A stretch of DNA of 62,750 bases, filler included, from Basidioascus undulatus (Eukaryota): assembly GCA_000826855.1 (NCBI GenBank). It is 20 parts of 20 records of this genome, joined end to end, with 100 filler letters (N's around TTAATTAATTAA, not from the genome) between each part and the next. Parts side by side here need not be neighbours in the genome. Positions count along the whole stretch, not along the records: positions 1 to 2,043 come from JTLS01002971.1; positions 2,144 to 4,185 come from JTLS01002972.1; positions 4,286 to 6,327 come from JTLS01002973.1; positions 6,428 to 8,469 come from JTLS01002974.1; positions 8,570 to 10,610 come from JTLS01002975.1; positions 10,711 to 12,750 come from JTLS01002976.1; 14 more parts are not named here. One strand, written 5' to 3'. Position 1 is the stretch's first letter, and every line of letters begins with the position of its first letter. Positions 1 to 12,850 of this stretch are shown piece after piece. The notes beneath the pieces are model-generated. The model was given only the letters and a program-made list of their open reading frames with translations, was not told the DNA's origin and ran no database searches. The position numbers and the translations under genes were made by a program.

Positions 1-88
1 GAAGAGACGGGAACGGGGAGGGAGAGAAAGGAAGAGCGAAGGGAGAGGAAGAGAGAGGGAGAGGGAGGGGAAAGGAAGGAGGACGAAC

Positions 89-1343
89 CTGGATACCGTC
101 GATCTGCTGCCACCCGAGCGCACCGCCGATCTTGAGCATCGGTGTCAGGCGGGGCTTGTACGCCATCTCGAGGAACTGGGGTGCGGGGCTGGGTGTGAGC
201 GAACTAGCCGGAAGGACCGCCAAGAGAGGGAGAGGGAAGGAGGGGAGGATGGGAGGGAAGAGGGAGAGGAAGGGGGAGCGTACGAGGCGGGGGTTGGGGA
301 GGGGAAGGGACTGCCCGACACGGAGAGATGGCGTAAGCTTTGGGGAAAAGAGGGAAGGGAGAGAAGGGCACGCACCTGATCTAGCTTCTCGCGCCTGTAC
401 GGGCTGACAAACATCGCCGTGGCAATGCTATACACCGCGCGCTCCGTCGCACTCGTAGGCGTAATAGCCGGGATCGCCCCAACGACCATCAACAAGGGCG
501 TAGCGTCCTCCCCGCCCAAGCCATCCTCGACCTGCTTGGCACTCTCAAAGTGGACCAACTCGAGGTCCGGGAACGCCTGCTGGACCGCCTCGACCTCCTT
601 CTTATCGCGGTTGACCAGGTAGATCGGGCTCATCCCGAGCGTGTGCAGCGCATGCACCGCGCTCCGCGTCGTCGCGCCCCCGCCGATGACCGCCGCTGCG
701 CCGGTCCCGCGCGGGAAGGCGAAGTCGATCGGGATGCTCGCGGCGGGGTGCTGCAAGCGGAGGGAGCGCAGGAGCGCGTTCCGCACGCCAAGGAAGTCGG
801 TGTTTGTGCCGACTAGCTTGATCCCGTTAGGGTGAGAGGCGGAGGGGACTTTCACGATCGTGTTTACTGCGGATGTGGCACGCGCTTCGGGCGTGAGCTC
901 GTCCAGGTAAGGGAGGATCGCGACTTTGTTGGGCATCGTCACGCTGTCCCGCCAGCACCCGCATGATCAGTCCCATTGCGAAAGTGGTGGAAGAGGAAAA
1001 GGGGAGGTAAGGGAATGGCGAAGAACAGGGACGCACGCAGCCCCACAGCAGTCCTCCGCCCGCACCGCATCAAGGTACTGCTTCGTGACCCTACTCGTCG
1101 ACCACAAGTTATAGCTGCACCCGCTGCCGAGCTGCTCAAAGATGAAGTTTTGGAACGCGGGGGAGGCTGAGTCTGTGCTCCCACCCCTCACGCTTCAGCA
1201 CCCCGGAGAAGGATGTGGAGGAGGGGAGGGGGAGGGGAAAGGGGAAGGGAGAACGACACACGCGCGATGGGGTACCCGCCGAGGTAGACCTTCTTGTTGC
1301 GCACGATGGGCGCCGGGACGTCGGTGGGCGGGACGGCGGACAT
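89..1343 (-). CDS. Shikimate/quinate 5-dehydrogenase (multi-exon, 3' end off contig)
   Basis: Spliced translation MSAVPPTDVPAPIVRNKKVYLGGYPIA|HSASPAFQN...|VTMPNK...AVNTIV...GTNTDFLG...IGGGATTRSA...VNRD...|FLEMAYKPRLT...DGIQ has the AroE/QutB motifs (TxPxK, AVNT, NTD, GxGG, NR, Y.P). Confidence 0.9.
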
Positions 1344-2043
1344 GGTCTCTCTCTATTTTCTCTGTGTGTGATTTGGGAAGAGGAAGAACTCGGTGAGCAG
1401 AGGATGGATAAGGGAGCGAGCGAAAGGGGAAGGGAGAAGCTCACGTGCGCGAAGGCCAGGACGTTCGATATTCCGGTCTGGAAGCGGGGCGGTGCCTGTG
1501 CCGAAATCTGGGGAAATTGGGTTGGGCCCGCGGAGGGCGAGGGTTCGCCAGAGGCGCGGTTTGACTGGGGGGGAAGGAGGAGTGAAAAAGTGAAAAGAAA
1601 CGCGGCAACCTTCAGTGCGTTGCTATGGAGGGGAATAATCTGGAGTGACTATTTAGTCTTGCTAGATATCGGCTGTATATTACTCTGGCTGGTGGATCAC
1701 GGTTGTAACTAGCAAGCAAGTTGGAGAAAGAGAGGGCAGGAGACCAATGAATGGGGGTACGCCCGCCGTGTCGCCCGCTTGTGTGCATCATCAAGCAGCA
1801 GCTGGATGGCCATAAAACGGAAGACGGTTTCGCTGAAGGCAACGCTAGATTCGAATAAGGTAGAAGACAGAGTACCTCGACATCATGCCCGAAGTGGCCC
1901 AACTGCGGTAATCGTGGAGCCTGGACAGTTCATCTCGACGCATGGACCCAGCAGGTGCGAGCGAGTGTTCCTTCTTTGGAGAACTGGAACAAACAAGTGT
2001 TTTCTTTAACCCAGGAGAGGTAGTTCTTGTAGTGGCGGGGGGG

Positions 2044-2143
2044 NNNNNNNNNNNNNNNNNNNNNNNNNNNNNNNNNNNNNNNNNNNNTTAATTAATTAAN
2101 NNNNNNNNNNNNNNNNNNNNNNNNNNNNNNNNNNNNNNNNNNN
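2044..2143. other. Artificial contig-joining linker (N44-TTAATTAATTAA-N44), first of 19
   Basis: Identical 100-nt six-frame-stop spacers start at 2044, 4186, 6328, 8470, 10611, 12751, 14888, 17024, 39432, 41568, 43703, 45837, 47964, 50090, 52216, 54294, 56410, 58526 and 60640. Neighbouring segments are unrelated contigs of roughly descending length. Confidence 0.99.
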
Positions 2144-2195
2144 AGGAAAGAGGGGAGGAAAGAGGGGAGGAAAGAGGGGAGGAAAGAGGGGAGGA
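2144..2195 (+). repeat. 12-bp purine tandem repeat (AGGAAAGAGGGG x4) in an intron at the contig end
   Basis: Directly visible. Confidence 0.85.
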
Positions 2196-2220
2196 AATGA
2201 GGAAGGTGGGGGAAACGCAC

Positions 2221-3561
2221 GCTGTGTGCCGAAAGGGTCCGACAGCTCGGCGCCGATGGCGTCGATGCCGAAGTATACGCCGGCGACGAGCGCGGTCACG
2301 GGGATGGACCATGCGCCTAGGGAGGGCAGGATCTGGGGCGGGACGGCGAGCAGGTAGAGAGACAGGATCTGGTTGAGGTGGATGGCGAGGGCGAGGGGGA
2401 TGGGGGCTGGCCATAGAGGCAATCAAAATGGTGAGCTTCGATCCTATTGCCTTATTTGATGGGAGAGAGAATGGAGCTTACTGTCCCGTATCCGCTCCGC
2501 ATCCGTGAGATTAGCAGTCAGCTCCTTCACGTAGCCGATCGAAGTGATCCACAGCGGCGTGCTGAGCCAGGGCCTTTCAACCTCGTCCTCGGATCTCCGG
2601 CGCCCAGCGGCCTCCGGCCCCCGCTGGTGGAACACGTCGAGGTACGCATGGAGCATGCGGAGGATGGCGAGAGGGAGGTTGGACGGGGCTGGCGAAGACA
2701 GTGCAGGGCGGAGCGCGGAGGCCGGCAGCGCTTGCGACGTGTTGAGTTGCGAGAGCTGTCGGCTCGTTTCCTCCTGCTCCGACTGGGCGGGTTCGAGCGG
2801 GCCGAGGAGGGCGGGGGAGGATTTCTCGTTCGCGGGGGAGGGGGAGAGGGCAGGGGAAGGAGGGTTGGACGGGGCGAAGCGGACTTTGGGGTTCGGCGTG
2901 CGCCGCAGAGACGCGAGGTACCCCCTAGGGAGGAGCGGCTCGAGGTCCGGCTCGTGCAGCCCACGGAGGCCGCGCAGGTGGTACTTGAGCGCGATGGGGA
3001 ATGCTAGCACGAGGGAAAGCATCTCTTCCGCCGCGGCGGAGACGGAGGGGTCCGAGTAGGGGTGGGAGAGCGCGAGCGTCAGCGCGCGCAGGAGCGTGCG
3101 CGTCGTTGAGTGCAGGGCAGACCAGGTGCGGCGGCCTTCGGACCATCTGTGAGCGATGCCCGCCGTTTCAGAATGCGGCGAGAGCTCGGGGGGAAGGGGA
3201 AGGGGGCGTACCGCTCGATGGAGGATGAGGACCGGAAGGAAACGAGCAGGCCGGTAACTGCGGGTGCGTTTCTCTCAGCGTCCCAAAACATAACAGAACG
3301 CGCAGATCCACTCACCGATAGAGACCAGCACCGTAATCGCCCTTCCCGCCTCCGCCACCCTCCCCAGACGCTTCGAGTCGCACAGCAACCAGAGCAAGGA
3401 CGCGTAGAGCGTGAACACGAGCACGCGCGTCACGGTCGAGCGCCTGTGCAAGGAGGGAATCAGCCTGCCGCAGCTTGGAGATTGAGGTGAATATACGCGC
3501 ACCAGACTGAATGGTCTATCCTAAACGCCAGCGGTATGTGGCCTGTGAGGGACCGGGTCAT
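2221..3561 (-). CDS. Bestrophin / UPF0187 family membrane channel protein (multi-exon, 3' partial)
   Basis: Exons give GLLVSFRSSSSIER|WSEGRRTW, AFPIALKYHLRG, AERIRD|TPIPLALAIHL and FGIDAIGAELSDPFG, matching bestrophin FR/RW, ERI.TP.P and E..DPFG motifs. Confidence 0.88.
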
Positions 3562-4285
3562 GGCAAAGTGAATGATGGCGAGCAGAGGCAAGAGCAGATC
3601 AAGGGTCGGTTGGAGCGAAGCCTCGAGGAGACGTGTTTTATTTGATGATGCACAAGCGTAGCATGCTCACGTGACAGGCGATAGGAGTTGGGAGCCGATT
3701 GGATTGAATATCCAAGAACACCACACTCTAAAAGATGATTGAGAGGAGATCGAACGGAACGTCGACCATGACCGTCGTCTGCAGTAGTGACACTGACGGA
3801 CCACCGACCGCATGTCTGCTGCCCCCCACCGAGGCCGAGTCTCTCCCTACAGGCCAAGATCCTCAACAAAGCAGCTATTGCACATCAGTCTATTTTTGGC
3901 TTGAAAGCCTAGAGTGTCGGCTTCGCGGTCGTGCAAGAGCCAGTGTCTTGGAGTGTCCCCTCTGCGCCTACATGTTTGTGTGCCGCCGGCCTTCGCGAAC
4001 TTCGAGCAGCGCCAGTACTCCAGCTGAACCTCACAAGAAGACCCAACGATTTCTTTCCTGTGAATAGGAGAATAAGTCTTTTCTGAGGAGTACGGAGCAC
4101 TTGGGAGGCCATGGGTCCTCATCGCCGACTCTCCCTGTACTTTGCCCCGTCCGCTAGCCGACAACCCCCCCCCCCCCCCCCCCCCNNNNNNNNNNNNNNN
4201 NNNNNNNNNNNNNNNNNNNNNNNNNNNNNTTAATTAATTAANNNNNNNNNNNNNNNNNNNNNNNNNNNNNNNNNNNNNNNNNNNN

Positions 4286-6327
4286 GAGAGGAGGACGCGA
4301 GGAAAGCGGACGCCCCTCCCGCGGCGCCGACGCCCAGGTCCCGCTCGAACTGCATCAGCTCGGCGATGAACGCTAGGTTCGGAGACACGCCTTTTCGGCG
4401 GTCGGTCACGAATGCGTAGGCGCGGCGGAGCGGCCAACTATGCGCGTGGCGGGGGTGGGGTCAGAACGGGAAGGAGGGAGGGGAGTAGAGGAGGAAGGGA
4501 AGGAGAGAGGGCACGCACCGGTTCGCGCGGATTAGATAGGCTAGCACGACTGTGACCGAGCGCGACTTGCCCGCTTTGCAGTGGACCTGCGCCAATCACC
4601 TCTTCATCAGCCGCTTCGTCCCCCACCCCCACACCAACCAAAAGAGAAGAAACCCGCGGCTCCGAACTCACATAAGTAGGCCTCGAATGCAGCCTCGCAT
4701 CATCCAACAGATCACAAACTGCGCTCATCCCCTCCTGGACGTTCCGTTCCTGCACGCTATCCACCATCGGAATCCTCTCATACCGCTCAAACCGTTCCCG
4801 CAACCTCAATCCCAAATCATCATCGCACTCCCTCGCCATATTGATGATCCGACGCACGCCGAGGCGCTGCAGCTCGCGGACGTCCGCGTCGCTCGCGGGC
4901 TCGGGGCCGAGGAAGAGGAAGCCGGGGAGGATGGGTGTGGGGTCGAACGTGCGCAGGGCTTCCGCTTCGGTGGCGGAGGTGAGGGTACTCGGGGAGGTGG
5001 AGGTGGTGCGCGTGGGGGAGGGGGAAGTCGAGATGTTGAAGGACGTTTGGACGGGCGTAGGGGCAGAAGAGGCGGAGGGAGGAGAGGAGGCGGAGGAGAA
5101 GCCGGGCGCGAGGGGCGTGCGCGGCTCGTCCTCGATATTGCTATTATGAGTGTTGAATGACGTCTGGAACAGCGGACTCGGCCGCCGCTTCTCGTTTGCG
5201 GGCCCGTTCGCCGCGCCGGGGAGCGTAAGCGTGAGCCCGCGCTTGGGCGCGGGGGGGCCGGGGAGGTTAAGGCGGAGCGGGGCGGTGCGTGGGGCGGATG
5301 CGCCCGCGCCCGCGCGGAGGACTTCCTCGGACGTGTTGATCCTCCCTAACTGGGGTCGTTTGGGGGACGCTCCGCCCGTCCGGGAAGGGGGAACAAGGGG
5401 CGGTGTGACCGGCCTGTCCCTCTCCTCTCTCCAGCGCTCCACGTCCGGATGGCGCAGGGCCGCTTCGGCCCCTCCCTTAAGGTAGAACACGCCCTGGGGC
5501 GCCTGGGCTCCTCCGGAATGCTGGCGCCCCAGCGCCCCCAGCAGGGCCCACGCATCCGAGGACGTGTCCTCCATGCGCTCGTCGGTGACGACCACGTCGT
5601 AGGTCTGCAGGGAGGCGGGCCAGCGCGCACGCGCCTCAGGCGAGGTGATGAACCCCTCGAGGCCGGCGAGGGAGGGGGCGGCGCGCCGCATGCGCTTGAC
5701 GATGAGCGAGGGGAGCGAGAGCGGTGTCGCGTGCGGCAGGGGCGGGGAGGGCGAGCGGCGCAGATCGAGCACGAGCAGGCGCGGTGGTTGCGACTGGGGA
5801 TGAGGAGTCGGTTGCGAATTGTGGTTTTGCAGGTTGTGGGTAGAAGGGGGCTGTGTGTGCGTGCGGATGGGGTGCGGACGGTCAGTTTGGATTGAAGGGG
5901 TTTTGCGTTGGATGGATGACAGGAGGCTGCACAGCCTCACAGCCTCCCCCGCAGCAGTCCGCTGCATCGCCCACCCCAGCGAGTCTCCGCCAGCCGGAAC
6001 GCAAACCGCACTACTACTCACCTTGTCCTCGTGCTCCCCATCCAGGCCTTCCTGCGCGCGCAGGCGCTCCCACAGCGCCGCAGGGTCGAGCGGGAGCGCG
6101 TGGTGCCCCGGCGGCGGGCCGACGGTGAGGTTGACGACGCCGCGGGCGGGGCCGGCGGACTTGCTCGAGCCCGAGCGCGAGAGACGCTTGCGCGGGGGCG
6201 TTGCGGACCGGGAGAGCGCGGGCGGAGGGGGCGACTTTGGGGCTGGGCGATCTCGTTGCTGTGGTGCACGCCGATGTGGTCCTCGCCACCGCAGTGGATG
6301 TCGAACCAGGGCCCGAGGTAGCGGGCC
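4286..6327 (-). CDS. Dual-specificity MAP kinase phosphatase with N-terminal rhodanese-like domain (Msg5/Pmp1/Rok1/Cpp1 type), partial
   Basis: LLVLDLR and VFYLKGG (Cdc25/rhodanese), [13 protein letters not shown], catalytic [18 protein letters not shown] after splicing, and [15 protein letters not shown]. Confidence 0.9.
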
Positions 6328-6427
6328 NNNNNNNNNNNNNNNNNNNNNNNNNNNNNNNNNNNNNNNNNNNNTTAATTAATTAANNNNNNNNNNNNNNNNN
6401 NNNNNNNNNNNNNNNNNNNNNNNNNNN

Positions 6428-7244
6428 GCGTGACATTACCTTTGATAACGCTCCGGAAGGTCGGTGGGCAGGGCGGGGTAAAGGGGCGAGATCAGGTGCA
6501 GGATCCGTACGTCCCGCGAGGGCGGGGCGGCTACGACACTCGGGAGGAGGGAAAGCAGCAGCAAGTGCAAGCCCGCCTTCTTTTCCCCCTCCAGCTCCCG
6601 CGCTCCATCGACCCACCCCTCCCCAAACAGCACCCCATCCACCCTTCTCACCTCCCCCTCCTGGCGCCCGCCGACGCCCCCCGCGGTCCGAACCTTCGCG
6701 TTCCACTTCTCCGCGAACGCCTGGACGGAGGACAGGGAGGAGGTGTCGCAGGGCTCGATGAAGATTGAGGGCGAGGAGGCGGGCGAGGGGGAGGTGAGGA
6801 GGAGGAGATTGAGGAGCGGGTAGAGCGCGGGGGTGGAGGGGGTGAGGAGGATGAGCGTTGCGCCGAGGGAGGCGAGTAAAGGTAGCGAGGAAGTTAGGGT
6901 GGGGGATGTGTCGGCGCCCTGAGGAGGTGGGGGGGGCGTCAGTATGCCAGGAGAAGGCTACTTTGGGCCAGCTAGTGCGATGCGGCGAGAAGAGAGAAGA
7001 CCGCCCACCCATTTCCCTGCCCGCCGTCCTCCCACCCTCGATACGACCTCAAACTCATCGTAAATCAGACCATACCACTCACCACAACCACAAACACCCG
7101 CTGATGCAAGTCCCTCCTCCACGTGTTCCGCCGCCCGCCCGCCCACTTGCGCGCCCACAGCAGCGCAATGAGCGCGAGCGCGACGGGGAGGTACAGCTTC
7201 GTGGGCAGGTACGAGTGCAGGAGGGACGTCGTTATCTGCAGCAT
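6428..7244 (-). CDS. PBR1: PBR1/YNL181W-like short-chain dehydrogenase/reductase (3' partial)
   Basis: WAGGRRNTWRRDLHQRVFVV, IFIEPCDTSSLSSVQAFAEKW, RRVDGVLF and PPSRDVRIL match the recalled yeast Pbr1 blocks (NTWERKLHGKV, RRLDGV, PPDRDVRII). The ATG at 7244 directly follows a TAG acceptor, implying a 5'UTR intron. Confidence 0.75.
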
Positions 7245-7796
7245 CTACGGTGGCGTGGAGGGGAGGGGGAGGAGATGGTGAGCGGTTAGGGGAAGGGGAA
7301 GACGCTGGCCTGACTGGCAGACGGGTACGCGTCTCTCAAGTTGGCTTTGGACAATCGGCAAAGTACATATGCGCGGTGCACGGCACAGCTGCTGAGGAAT
7401 AAACAGATCGACACGGGCATTTGCATGCCGGATGCGGCGATCTCAAGATGAGGCAAAGCGAGCGAAGGCAACGAGCTCAGGATGCCGACCGTAGCACCCT
7501 CACGCAAATCTCATAATCCCGCTCACCGCAGCGGACGGAGAGATCTCCCCGTACTTGCCCGCAAGTGCGCGCCCAGACCACCCCCAGCTCAAGCCGTCAA
7601 TCGCGCCCCGTGCGCTGATCTACCATCATCGCCATCTGGCCCGCGCCCGTCGAAGCCCAGCGCACACAGTCACGTAAGCGACACGAGCATGCGTCCCGAA
7701 GCCTAGTGCATGTGCCTAAGGGGTAGTACAATGAACCGCGAGCGAGACAGAACGGAAGAGCCGGCGCCGGGGTAGGAGTCGTCAGGGGTAACCCGC

Positions 7797-8391
7797 TTAG
7801 GTGTTCTGCGTGCGGAGACACGAGGAAAGGGTCAATAAAAGTGCTCGAGTGGATGTGCACCGGACACGAAGTCTCGAGGCGGGGCAGAGCGATGAGTTGC
7901 TGGGACGGTCGGGCTCGCGGAGAGAAGACGGCGGAGAGAGCACGAGTCGCCGTCTCGCCCTCGCCGGGGAGCGCCCCCTCCGTTCCTGAGACGTGACGCC
8001 GCCATCCCGCCCCGCCGCCGCGTGGAAGAGATGAGCAAGCGAACGACAAGCTCACCTTGACGAAGCCGATGGCGTCCGAGTTCTCGCGGAAGCACTGACG
8101 GCAGATGTCGAGGCCGTACTTCTGCTCGTCGGCCGCACCCCCAACCCCACCCGCTCGTCAGTTGCTGCTATGCACTCCCCCTGCCCCACTCTTCCCGCCG
8201 TTCCTCCGTGTAGGGAAAGAAGGAAATACGAACGCGGATGATGCCGTTGCCGTTCTTACCGCAGATACGGCTGCCCGCCCGCCCCCCTCTCGTCAGCCTT
8301 ACTGCGCGGATGTGGAAAGAGATGAAATGGGAGAGACGCACCACATGCGCGAGCCCTTGCCGAAAGTGCGCGGGCGCGAGTACCAGACGTT
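7797..8391 (-). CDS. RPS29: 40S ribosomal protein S29 (uS14); first exon off contig
   Basis: Four GT-AG-bounded exons: NVWYSRPRTFGKGSRMC|RICGKNGNGIIR|KYGLDICRQCFRENSDAIGFVK|NT*. The C4 zinc finger is intact. The ORF track misses this gene. Confidence 0.95.
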
Positions 8392-8569
8392 CTACCCGTC
8401 CACACCACCTATCAGCCCACCATCCTACCTCCTCCCCCTCCTCCCGCCCTTCCTCCCTTCCCCCTTCCGNNNNNNNNNNNNNNNNNNNNNNNNNNNNNNN
8501 NNNNNNNNNNNNNTTAATTAATTAANNNNNNNNNNNNNNNNNNNNNNNNNNNNNNNNNNNNNNNNNNNN

Positions 8570-10610
8570 GGTGGGGGAAGGGGAGGGGGAGGGGGGACAC
8601 ACGAGTGCTCGGAGTAGGGCACGCCGTAGACCGTCACCGTCAAGGACGACCCGCGGACGGGGTAGAGCGACGCAGCGCTGTACGAGCGCTTCGCGTCGCG
8701 CTTGAGGACGTGATCGACGCTCGGTAAGCTGTCCATGCCCGCATCGCCCCTACCCACGCGCACCCAATCCATCAGCCTCCAGCCCCTCCATTTTCATCTC
8801 CATCTCCATCTCCATCCCATCCTTCACCCAACCACGTACTTAAAGCTCCACCCCGTCGGGCGGAAGCCCACGACGCTTCCGAATGCGCCCTTGAACTGCG
8901 CGAGGTACTGGCCCATCTTGTCGACCGTCACGCCACCGAGCGGCTGGATATGCACCTGCGCGGCAAGCGGGTCAGACGTGAGGAGCGCGTTTAGCTCGGC
9001 GTCTGCGAGGCAGGCGAGGAGAGCGCGCCGGCGTGGGTCGGCGTAGATCTTGGATGAGAGCGCGTGAGCGATGGCTGTCGAGGTGCTCATGTCAGACATT
9101 GATGAAAATCAGGTGTTTGAAGACGCGGCTGGGAGGGCGCACCTTTCAAGATGCGCTCCTTCCCGATCGTGTACGTGCCCACGACGATAAGCACCGGCTT
9201 GCGCTCCTTCTGTTTCGCCCTATCCTCTGCCCCGTCCTCGCCACCTGCGGCAGAGGAGCCCGCCTCAGCGTCGGCGGACGGCAGCAAGCCCTTGAGCCAG
9301 CTCTTGACGCCGCTCTCACCCTCGCGCGACGCGCTTGGATCGGCGTCCTCGGTGAGGCGCTGACGGATGAGGTCCGCGCACGCCGAGACGACGAGCGGTT
9401 GTGAAGGAAAGCAGTACTGCGTGTGCGCGTGCGGGACGGGATGTCAGCCTGATAAGGCAGGAAGAGGTAGGCACGGGGACGTACGGTAGGGTTCAGGTAG
9501 GTCGTGTCGAGGCTGTGGAGATGGAGGATGGGGTCAACGCCACAATGGGAGATAGACGGTGGACCGAATGGCGACGCACTATATCGCGTCGAACTTCTTG
9601 CCCTGCACAGCAGGGTGGGTCGCGTGCTTCGGGTTCGCGCGGAAGTCGCCGCAGTGCTACATACCCGACCACCTCGCCTTTGCATCAGCCAACCTCCCGC
9701 TTCCGCGCAAAAAAAAAAGCAGAGAGCGAAGGGCGCACCAAGTATCTGAACGTCCGCGAACTCCCGACATAGGGGCTTTTGAAACCTCCATCCCCCGCAT
9801 AGCACGTCTGCTGCCCCTCAATCACAAAGATCGCCGAGCCGGGACCTGATTCCGCCCCATACACCCTCTCATCAGCGTCCCGCCTCCTTCACCCTTCCAT
9901 GTTCCTTCTCCTGTTGGGAAAGGGAGGGAAACCCACAATGATTCGCGTCCACCAACGTAACGCACACGCCGCCCGTGTCCGGCAGCTCGGTCGGCGTGTC
10001 CATAGGGAGGGCGTGGATCCACGCGGAGTCGACATTGAGCATGTGTTTGATGAGGGAGGCGGTTATTTCTTTCGACGAGGCGTGAGCGAGCGAGGCAAGG
10101 AGGGAGGAGGGGAGGAAGGGGAAGGGGACGAACCGGAGCAGTAGATTGGCCCGGCCTTCCAGGTCTTGGAGAGCGAAGTGTAATGGTCCGAGTGGGCATG
10201 ACTGTTGGGTTGGTGAGGTCGAATAAGTACGCGGGTGAGGTTAGGGCGAGGATAGAAGACAAAAAGGAGCGGAGAGGAGAGGACCGGGAACGGACCTGAG
10301 CAAGTACGCGTTCACGCCCGGGATCTTGCCGTACTTGAACGCGTCCACGGCGACGGGCATGCCGGTCATGACCTGACTCCAGCCCCCCAGTCAATATATC
10401 CCTCCCCGACCTATCCCGCCTTCCTTCCTCCAACCAACCCACCTTGTAAAACGGCGCCTTCCTGCGTCCCTCCCCGTCCAGCCCAGCCTTCACGCGCCCC
10501 CTCTGCGCCTCGCTCTCCGTTGCGGCCTTCTGCGCGCGCCCCTCCTCGTGCCCTTGCATGAGGACCGCAAACGCCGAGGGCCCGGCGGGCTTGGCGGGGG
10601 AGGCGGCGCG
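8570..10610 (-). CDS. PSO2: DNA cross-link repair nuclease PSO2/SNM1 (metallo-beta-lactamase/beta-CASP), partial at both ends
   Basis: KAPFYK|VMTGMPVAVDAFKYG, SHAHSDHY, DANH|CPGS, HCGDFRA, LDTTYLNP|YCFPSQ, VGTYTIGKERI, GFRPTGW and GVPYSEHS. Confidence 0.95.
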
Positions 10611-10804
10611 NNNNNNNNNNNNNNNNNNNNNNNNNNNNNNNNNNNNNNNNNNNNTTAATTAATTAANNNNNNNNNNNNNNNNNNNNNNNNNNNNNNNNNN
10701 NNNNNNNNNNCGCCGCCCCATCCGCGTTCTCCTCACTCGCCTCCAACTCCCGCAGCCTCGCCGCTCGCCCTCCCCATCGCCGGCGGTCCCGACGCCCGCG
10801 CTCA

Positions 10805-10870
10805 TAGATAGACAGACAGACAGACAAGACCAGCAAGACCAGACCAGACAAGACCAGACCAAACAGACCG
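10805..10870 (+). repeat. GACA/CAGAC microsatellite-like tract immediately upstream of the rrm4 ATG
   Basis: atagatagacagacagacagacaagaccagcaagaccagaccagacaagaccagaccaaacagaccg. Confidence 0.8.
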
Positions 10871-10871
10871 A

Positions 10872-12750
10872 ATGGCGACCCAGCCCCAACCCCCGCCGCA
10901 CCCACACCTGCACGAGCCCAAGCTGCACGTCGGCGGGCTCATCGCACACGCCGTCACCCCGCAGGAGATCGCGAACCTCCTCGGCGGGTGCTTGCCCGTC
11001 AAGATCACGATCCAACAGGAGGGCGCGGCGCAGGGGCAGGTGTGCTCAGGTGAGTGTGGATGGGCCTGTCCAAGAGGTGAAAGGCAGGGTATGGATGAAG
11101 CCACAGAGGGCTGCCGTCCTGGTTCGGGTATGCTCGATGGAGGGCTCGGAGATTCAACTGAGCTCGGAGAGCGCATGGCATCCGGCTGTGATGGGTTGGA
11201 CAAGATGCTCTTGATCTGGGCAGAGCGAGTGTCTCTTATCCTCAGTCATCATATGCCCGCTTCTTTAATCTGCAATCACAAAGCAGCCCACGCAATGATC
11301 CGATACTTACTCCCTTAATCACACCACCCAGGCACTATCGAGTTCCGATCCCAACATGCCGGTCTGTCTTCCTTCTTCTCTTCCCCTTCACATCCACTCT
11401 GACCTGTCCCTCCTTCCCCTTCTGATCCAAACAGCCGAGAAGGCCCTGACGCTCTACCCGACGCTGCACCTCCCGGCGCACCAAATCGTCCTCCAGCTCT
11501 CCGCGACCTTTCCGCCGCACCAGACGCCGCTCCCGCCGCCCGAGGCGTACCCGCGCATCATCCGCAACCTCCCGCGCGAGATCACGCCGCAGGAGGTGTA
11601 CGACCTCGTGCGCCCCTGGGGCGCCGTCGCGAGCGTGCGCATGCTCAATCAGGGCGTCGCGGTCGTCGAGTGGTGGGAGGAGGCGCGGGGCGAGCAGGCC
11701 CAGGCGGACATGCACTGCATGGAGGTTGGCGGGCAGATGATGTGCGTGTTCATTACTTTACTTCCTTCCTTTGGGACTTCTGCTGAGGATTCTGCTCTAC
11801 GCACCTACCTAGCTCCGTCCAGCTCTACCAGCCCCGCAAGAACACAGCCGAGTTCTCCGCCCAAGCCCCCGTCTTCGTCCCAGGTGCAGCTGTGCGTGTC
11901 CCCTTCCCTTCAACCTCTCCGTCCCTTCCTACCCGACAACCCATGCTTATCTTACTCTGCACGCCCCCTCTTCGCAAGTACCAGCCTGGCGGCTTCCACG
12001 CCAACACCGGCTTCCCCGGCGGCTTCGTTGGCTCTCCCCCCGCCGCAGCGGCCTACTTCAATCACGGACCGGGACAGCAGGTCCAGTACGCTCCGCCGGG
12101 GAGCACGACCAGCTCGGGTCTGGTTGATCGTGGGTCTTGCGTCCTGCTTTCTTATGTCTGGTGGAGCATTGGCTGATGAGGCGTCTGCCCTTTTCTTGAA
12201 CAGCCTGCAACCTGTTCTGCAAGGTCTGTCATTCTGCTCAATATGCGCTGCGGTGGCATGGAAACTAGGAGAGTTGGATGGCAGAAGCGTGTGAGCTGAT
12301 ATCGGTTACTTGAATCCGGCAGAACCTGGACACGAACATCACTAGCAACGACCTGTTTTTCCACTTCAAGGCTGTAAGCCTCTTTGTAACTGCAGGAGCT
12401 TCACCGCGTCCCAGCATAGCTCACACTAGATCGTCATTCCCACAGTATGGCCGGATCGTGAGCGCACGCGTGATGCGCGACGCAGACGGCAACTCGAAGG
12501 GATTCGGATTCGTCTCTTTCCAAACTCCGGACGAAGGTCCGTCTCTCTATCTCCGCAACATGTCTCCCATCCACTTCCTCACACCTCCTCCCCGCATAGC
12601 CAATGCCGCGCTCCGATCCATGAACGGCGCAACGATCGGCTCGAAGCAGATCATCGTGCGCCTGCACGAGCCCAAGCAGCTCCGGCAGGAGAAGCTCGCG
12701 CAGCGGTTCGCGACTGGCCAGGGCGGGCACCCCGCGCGCGCGCGCAGCGC
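10872..12750 (+). CDS. rrm4: Three-RRM mRNA transport protein, Rrm4 orthologue (3' partial; MLLE domains expected off contig)
   Basis: Spliced RRM3 reads SGLVDP|CNLFCK|NLDTNITSNDLFFHFKA|YGRIVSARVMRDADGNSKGFGFVSFQTPDE|ANAALRSMNG...IIVRLHEPKQLRQEKLAQRF, closely resembling recalled Ustilago Rrm4 RRM3. Two divergent RRMs lie upstream. Confidence 0.85.
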
Positions 12751-12850
12751 NNNNNNNNNNNNNNNNNNNNNNNNNNNNNNNNNNNNNNNNNNNNTTAATT
12801 AATTAANNNNNNNNNNNNNNNNNNNNNNNNNNNNNNNNNNNNNNNNNNNN

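Noticed and set aside
4165..4185. Poly-C and G/A-rich tracts at contig ends as functional G-quadruplex elements
   Set aside because: They are mostly pyrimidine-rich introns and homopolymers where short-read assembly breaks, so the enrichment is an ascertainment effect.
7806..8056. Long RPS29 intron as a snoRNA host
   Set aside because: No box C (RTGATGA)/box D pair or clear H/ACA layout is visible on the coding strand.
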